Shown piece after piece: positions 34,580-36,518 of a stretch of DNA of 36,518 nucleotides. Position numbers and translations under genes: made by a program. The first letter of the stretch is position 1, and each line of letters opens with the position of its first letter. Under the pieces are notes generated by a model. That model saw only the letters and a list, made by a program, of their open reading frames with translations, was not told the origin of the DNA and did no database searches. The DNA lies in NCBI RefSeq assembly GCF_001194135.2, contig NC_069000.1:40969214-41005731 (forward strand). The letters are read 5' to 3'. Origin of the DNA: Octopus bimaculoides (Eukaryota).

Positions 34580-35654
34580 NNNNNNNNNNNNNNNNNNNNN
34601 NNNNNNNNNNNNNNNNNNNNNNNNNNNNNNNNNNNNNNNNNNNNNNNNNNNNNNNNNNNNNNNNNNNNNNNNNNNNNNNNNNNNNNNNNNNNNNNNNNNN
34701 NNNNNNNNNNNNNNNNNNNNNNNNNNNNNNNNNNNNNNNNNNNNNNNNNNNNNNNNNNNNNNNNNNNNNNNNNNNNNNNNNNNNNNNNNNNNNNNNNNNN
34801 NNNNNNNNNNNNNNNNNNNNNNNNNNNNNNNNNNNNNNNNNNNNNNNNNNNNNNNNNNNNNNNNNNNNNNNNNNNNNNNNNNNNNNNNNNNNNNNNNNNN
34901 NNNNNNNNNNNNNNNNNNNNNNNNNNNNNNNNNNNNNNNNNNNNNNNNNNNNNNNNNNNNNNNNNNNNNNNNNNNNNNNNNNNNNNNNNNNNNNNNNNNN
35001 NNNNNNNNNNNNNNNNNNNNNNNNNNNNNNNNNNNNNNNNNNNNNNNNNNNNNNNNNNNNNNNNNNNNNNNNNNNNNNNNNNNNNNNNNNNNNNNNNNNN
35101 NNNNNNNNNNNNNNNNNNNNNNNNNNNNNNNNNNNNNNNNNNNNNNNNNNNNNNNNNNNNNNNNNNNNNNNNNNNNNNNNNNNNNNNNNNNNNNNNNNNN
35201 NNNNNNNNNNNNNNNNNNNNNNNNNNNNNNNNNNNNNNNNNNNNNNNNNNNNNNNNNNNNNNNNNNNNNNNNNNNNNNNNGTGTGTGTGTGTGTGTCTGT
35301 GTGTCTGTGTGTCTGTGTATGTGTGTGTGCAATGAGAGAGAGAGAGAGACAGAAAGGAGGAAGCTGGTTAAAACGAATTGAAGAAAGGAAATAAGGAAGG
35401 AAGAAAGACAAACAGAAAATCGAATAGGGAAGAAAGAAGTTAAAAAAAAAAGGATGATATTTTGCGATGCTTACCTGTAGTTCCTCTGCTAGTGCGAAAC
35501 ATATCAAACTTAAGGAGTTTTCCGAAAAGTGCAAAAAGGTGTGTTTTATCAGATAGTGTGCCATCGTGACAAGGGAACACGTCAGTGCTTACTTTCCTAG
35601 GTAAAGGTAATTTGACTCCGTAAAAACTCATGTATGGAACGTCCCCGGAACCAC
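16931..35654 (-). CDS. Gene B: animal heme peroxidase-family protein (5'-partial), predicted catalytically inactive, paralogue of gene A. Exons 35654-35475, 33292-33274, 28898-28789, 28282-28193, 27787-27731, 25801-25378, 24940-24746, 22409-22249, 18551-18452, 17273-16931
   Basis: Manual splicing gives one open frame (1679 nt) with GT-AG introns. Exons of 19, 57, 195, 161 and 100 nt equal the gene A lengths. Landmarks include LPLPRKVS, EECC, CMPY, HVFLREHNK, FQHITYNEYLP and SDRFYYE. Confidence 0.92.
18452..18551 (-). CDS. Gene B exon, DQLAEIKKTSMALLLCRNIDNLDKVKEKAFELAS
   Basis: tttcag| ... TC|gtgagt, 100 nt. Homologous to gene A 10257-10356 and not in the ORF track. Confidence 0.92.
19300..19449 (-). 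repeat. SINE-like repeat family 1, internally deleted copy
   Basis: Same core as 6300-6527 and ends in CGCCGCC. Confidence 0.75.
19604..19654. repeat. (AAT)n microsatellite
   Basis: Seen directly. Confidence 0.95.
20225..20344 (-). repeat. SINE-like repeat family 1 fragment
   Basis: CATCGACCCCAGTGCATAACTGGTACTTATTTAATCGA core. Confidence 0.75.
20540..20893 (-). repeat. SINE family 2, near full length with degenerate tRNA-like head
   Basis: The minus strand starts GCGCAGCGTGGCTGTGTGGTAA..GGCACCTCGGGTAAGTGTCTTC. The body matches 15592-15790. Confidence 0.75.
21030..21409 (-). repeat. tRNA-derived SINE (family 3)
   Basis: The minus-strand head GTGGAGGCGCAATGACCCAGTGGTTAGGGCAG..GGTTTCGATTCCCAGACC has A-box and B-box-like motifs, followed by about 300 nt of non-tRNA body. 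Confidence 0.75.
21543..21712. other. Assembly gap (N run)
   Basis: N bases. Confidence 1.
21713..21875 (+). repeat. SINE-like repeat family 1 copy (gap-truncated), opposite orientation to 19300 and 20225
   Basis: Reverse complement of the family 1 core: ACCAGTTATGCATTGGGGTCGATGTAATCGACTTAA. Confidence 0.78.
22249..22409 (-). CDS. Gene B exon, TVYDMDFLSGMFTE...SDRFYYEHTGVFLA
   Basis: ttacag| ... G|gtaagt, 161 nt. Lies within ORF 22238..22588. Confidence 0.92.
22617..23051. other. Assembly gap (N run)
   Basis: N bases. Confidence 1.
23610..24070 (-). mobile_element. Decayed Penelope-like reverse transcriptase core fragment
   Basis: The minus strand reads STPTRFRLTEL.., MGMFPNLSILFIGYVATQIF, RSYTDVI, PPKLEFT, DKLTTV and LPYS. 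These are collinear with PLE RT motifs (L.RLAELVL, MGPSYA.LF.GYVE.QIF, RYIDD, HP.L.FT, SIPYSQ). Confidence 0.65.
24746..24940 (-). CDS. Gene B exon, RKIPCNFRDNCKYSDIVSVLTQDTRYLAIPPY...
   Basis: ttccag| ... AA|gtgagt, 195 nt. Overlaps ORF 24742..24957. Confidence 0.92.
25378..25801 (-). CDS. Gene B large exon (proximal helix region)
   Basis: ttgtag| ... AG|gtaaat, 424 nt. Overlaps ORF 25374..25772. 47 of the first 63 residues are identical to gene A (counted by hand). Confidence 0.93.
27405..27545 (+). repeat. SINE family 2 fragment, opposite orientation to 20540-20893
   Basis: CCACCATCGCTT.ACAACC.GTGTTGGTGTGTTT.CGTC..CGTAAC.TAGC.GTT..GCAAA.GAG.CCGATAGAAT..GTAC is the reverse complement of the family 2 body. 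Confidence 0.7.
27731..27787 (-). CDS. Gene B exon, GKFDLTTGFLSKTGVKFSGG
   Basis: atttcag| ... G|gtaggt, 57 nt. Lies within ORF 27588..27854. Confidence 0.88.
28046..28112. repeat. (AGAT)n microsatellite
   Basis: Seen directly. Confidence 0.95.
28193..28282 (-). CDS. Gene B exon, ANNQGKNDVTAPLDLSLLYSSTDFSGTLTN (Ca2+ loop)
   Basis: aaaag| ... G|gtaagt, 90 nt. Homologous to gene A 2679-2774. Confidence 0.87.
28789..28898 (-). CDS. Gene B exon, CLGIDTNAATDERVTNGCAKCMPYKKPILEYDLKCT
   Basis: tttcag| ... G|gtaata, 110 nt. Homologous to gene A 1140-1243. Confidence 0.9.
30632..30888. mobile_element. Mariner-derived MITE with about 95-nt inverted arms and TA ends
   Basis: TATTGGGTTGGTGCATAATTATTGCGGCTTT ... 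AAAGCCGCAATAATTATGCACCGACCCAATA, resembling the Hsmar1/MADE1 TIR. The spacer encodes NRLPNKWEAVIEVGGEY on the minus strand, like a mariner transposase C-terminus. Confidence 0.92.
32772..32958. other. Assembly gap (N run)
   Basis: N bases. Confidence 1.
33274..33292 (-). CDS. Gene B microexon (19 nt), DEECCG(N)
   Basis: ttctcttctttttcag|ATGAAGAGTGCTGCGGAAA|gtaatt. Its phase joins 35475 to 28898 in frame. Confidence 0.85.
34580..35280. other. Assembly gap (N run)
   Basis: N bases. Confidence 1.
35475..35654 (-). CDS. Gene B exon with distal-helix region GSGDVPYMSFYGVKLPLPRKVSTDVFPCHDGTLSDKTHLFALFGKLLKFDMFRTSRGTT
   Basis: ccttttag| ... G|gtaagc, 180 nt. Overlaps ORF 35440..35631 and matches LPxPRxVS...WGQFLDHD of the family. 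Confidence 0.88.
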
Positions 35655-35794
35655 CTAAAAGGAAGAGATATACGATAAATTTATCAAAATTAACATAAAA
35701 AAAATATGCAATTCTTTCATTGTGATCAGGTTTTTCTAATTATTGTCATTATCATTATCATTATTATTATCATTATTATTATCATTATTATTAT

Positions 35795-36000
35795 GGCGGC
35801 GAGCTGGCGGAATCATTAGCACGCAGGACGAAATACTTCGTGGTATTTCGGCCGTCCCTACGTTTTGAGTTCAGATTCTGCCAAGTTCGACTTTGTCTTT
35901 GATCATTTTGGGGTCGATTAAATAAGTACCAGTTACGCGCTGGGGTTGTAATCGATGCTTCCCCACTTTCTCCAAGCTGCCCTTGTGGCAAAAATTTCAA
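35795..36000 (+). repeat. SINE-like repeat family 1 with (AAT)n tail. A second partial copy follows at about 36060-36178
   Basis: Head GGCGGCGAGCTGGCGGAATCATTAGCACG and core GGGGTCGATTAAATAAGTACCAGTT. Confidence 0.78.
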
Positions 36001-36518
36001 ATGATGATGATAATAATTATAATAATAATAATAATTGGTGTTGTTGTTATTAACATTAAGGCGGTGAGCTAGTAGAAGCATTAGCACGTTAGCGAAAATG
36101 CTTAACAGTAGTTCGTCCTTCTTTACGTTGAAATTGCACCGAAGTGGACTCCGAGGTAGACTTTGCTTTTCATCCATCCACAAAAATTAATACAATAATA
36201 TAATGTATAAAGTCAATACTTGTACATCGACTACGTGCGTTTCATGGCTGAATTAGGACTATATAAAATCATATAAGGAAACCATACACACGCAGATATA
36301 CGTACATAGTAACCAAACAAGTTTCAGATAACAAAATGGAAACCGTCCCATTTAACAAAAGTAGTGTAAATTTATTTATGTTAAGAAGAGAAAAGAGTCA
36401 GCTCATGATGACAGCTCTTTCAAATGATACAAGGAGGCATAATGTACGCTTGAATATTAGCATGAATGCATATGACTGTGTGATTATATATATATATATA
36501 TACATATATACATATATA

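Noticed and set aside
323-35654. Both genes are ordinary decaying pseudogenes
   Set aside because: There are no stops or frameshifts over about 480 and 560 codons, splice sites and phases are intact, and both copies share the same active-site replacements.
323-35654. The two genes are haplotype copies or an assembly duplication
   Set aside because: They differ at about 25% of residues even in the best-conserved segment, have indels in exons, and carry different intron insertions.
1-36518. CRISPR arrays, rRNA genes or prokaryotic systems
   Set aside because: This is eukaryotic intron-rich DNA. The only regular repeats are microsatellites and short local duplications.

Overview
AT-rich, microsatellite-dense eukaryotic draft sequence with six N-gaps. 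The interspersed repeats look like those of Octopus (recognised from memory, not from a search). The window is dominated by two multi-exon paralogues of the animal heme peroxidase (peroxidase-cyclooxygenase, MPO/peroxinectin-like) family arranged tail-to-tail. Gene A (+) has 9 visible coding exons from 323 to 13137. Gene B (-) has 10 visible coding exons from 35654 to 16931. Both 5' ends lie outside the window. I spliced both by hand: all introns are GT-AG, intron phases match between paralogues, and both frames are open to the stop. In both proteins the heme-binding and catalytic residues are replaced: proximal His to Ala, its partner Asn, both propionate-binding Arg and the distal Arg. In gene B, where that exon is visible, the distal Gln/Asp/His are also replaced. 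The structural Ca2+ site is kept, the disulfides are remodelled, and a thrombospondin type-1-like module follows the peroxidase domain. The best candidate for an undescribed system is therefore a duplicated pair of intact, heme-less 'pseudo-peroxidases' with a probable non-enzymatic extracellular role. The introns hold mariner, Penelope-like and SINE relics, a hairpin MITE, a 19-nt microexon and a candidate 45-nt cassette exon.
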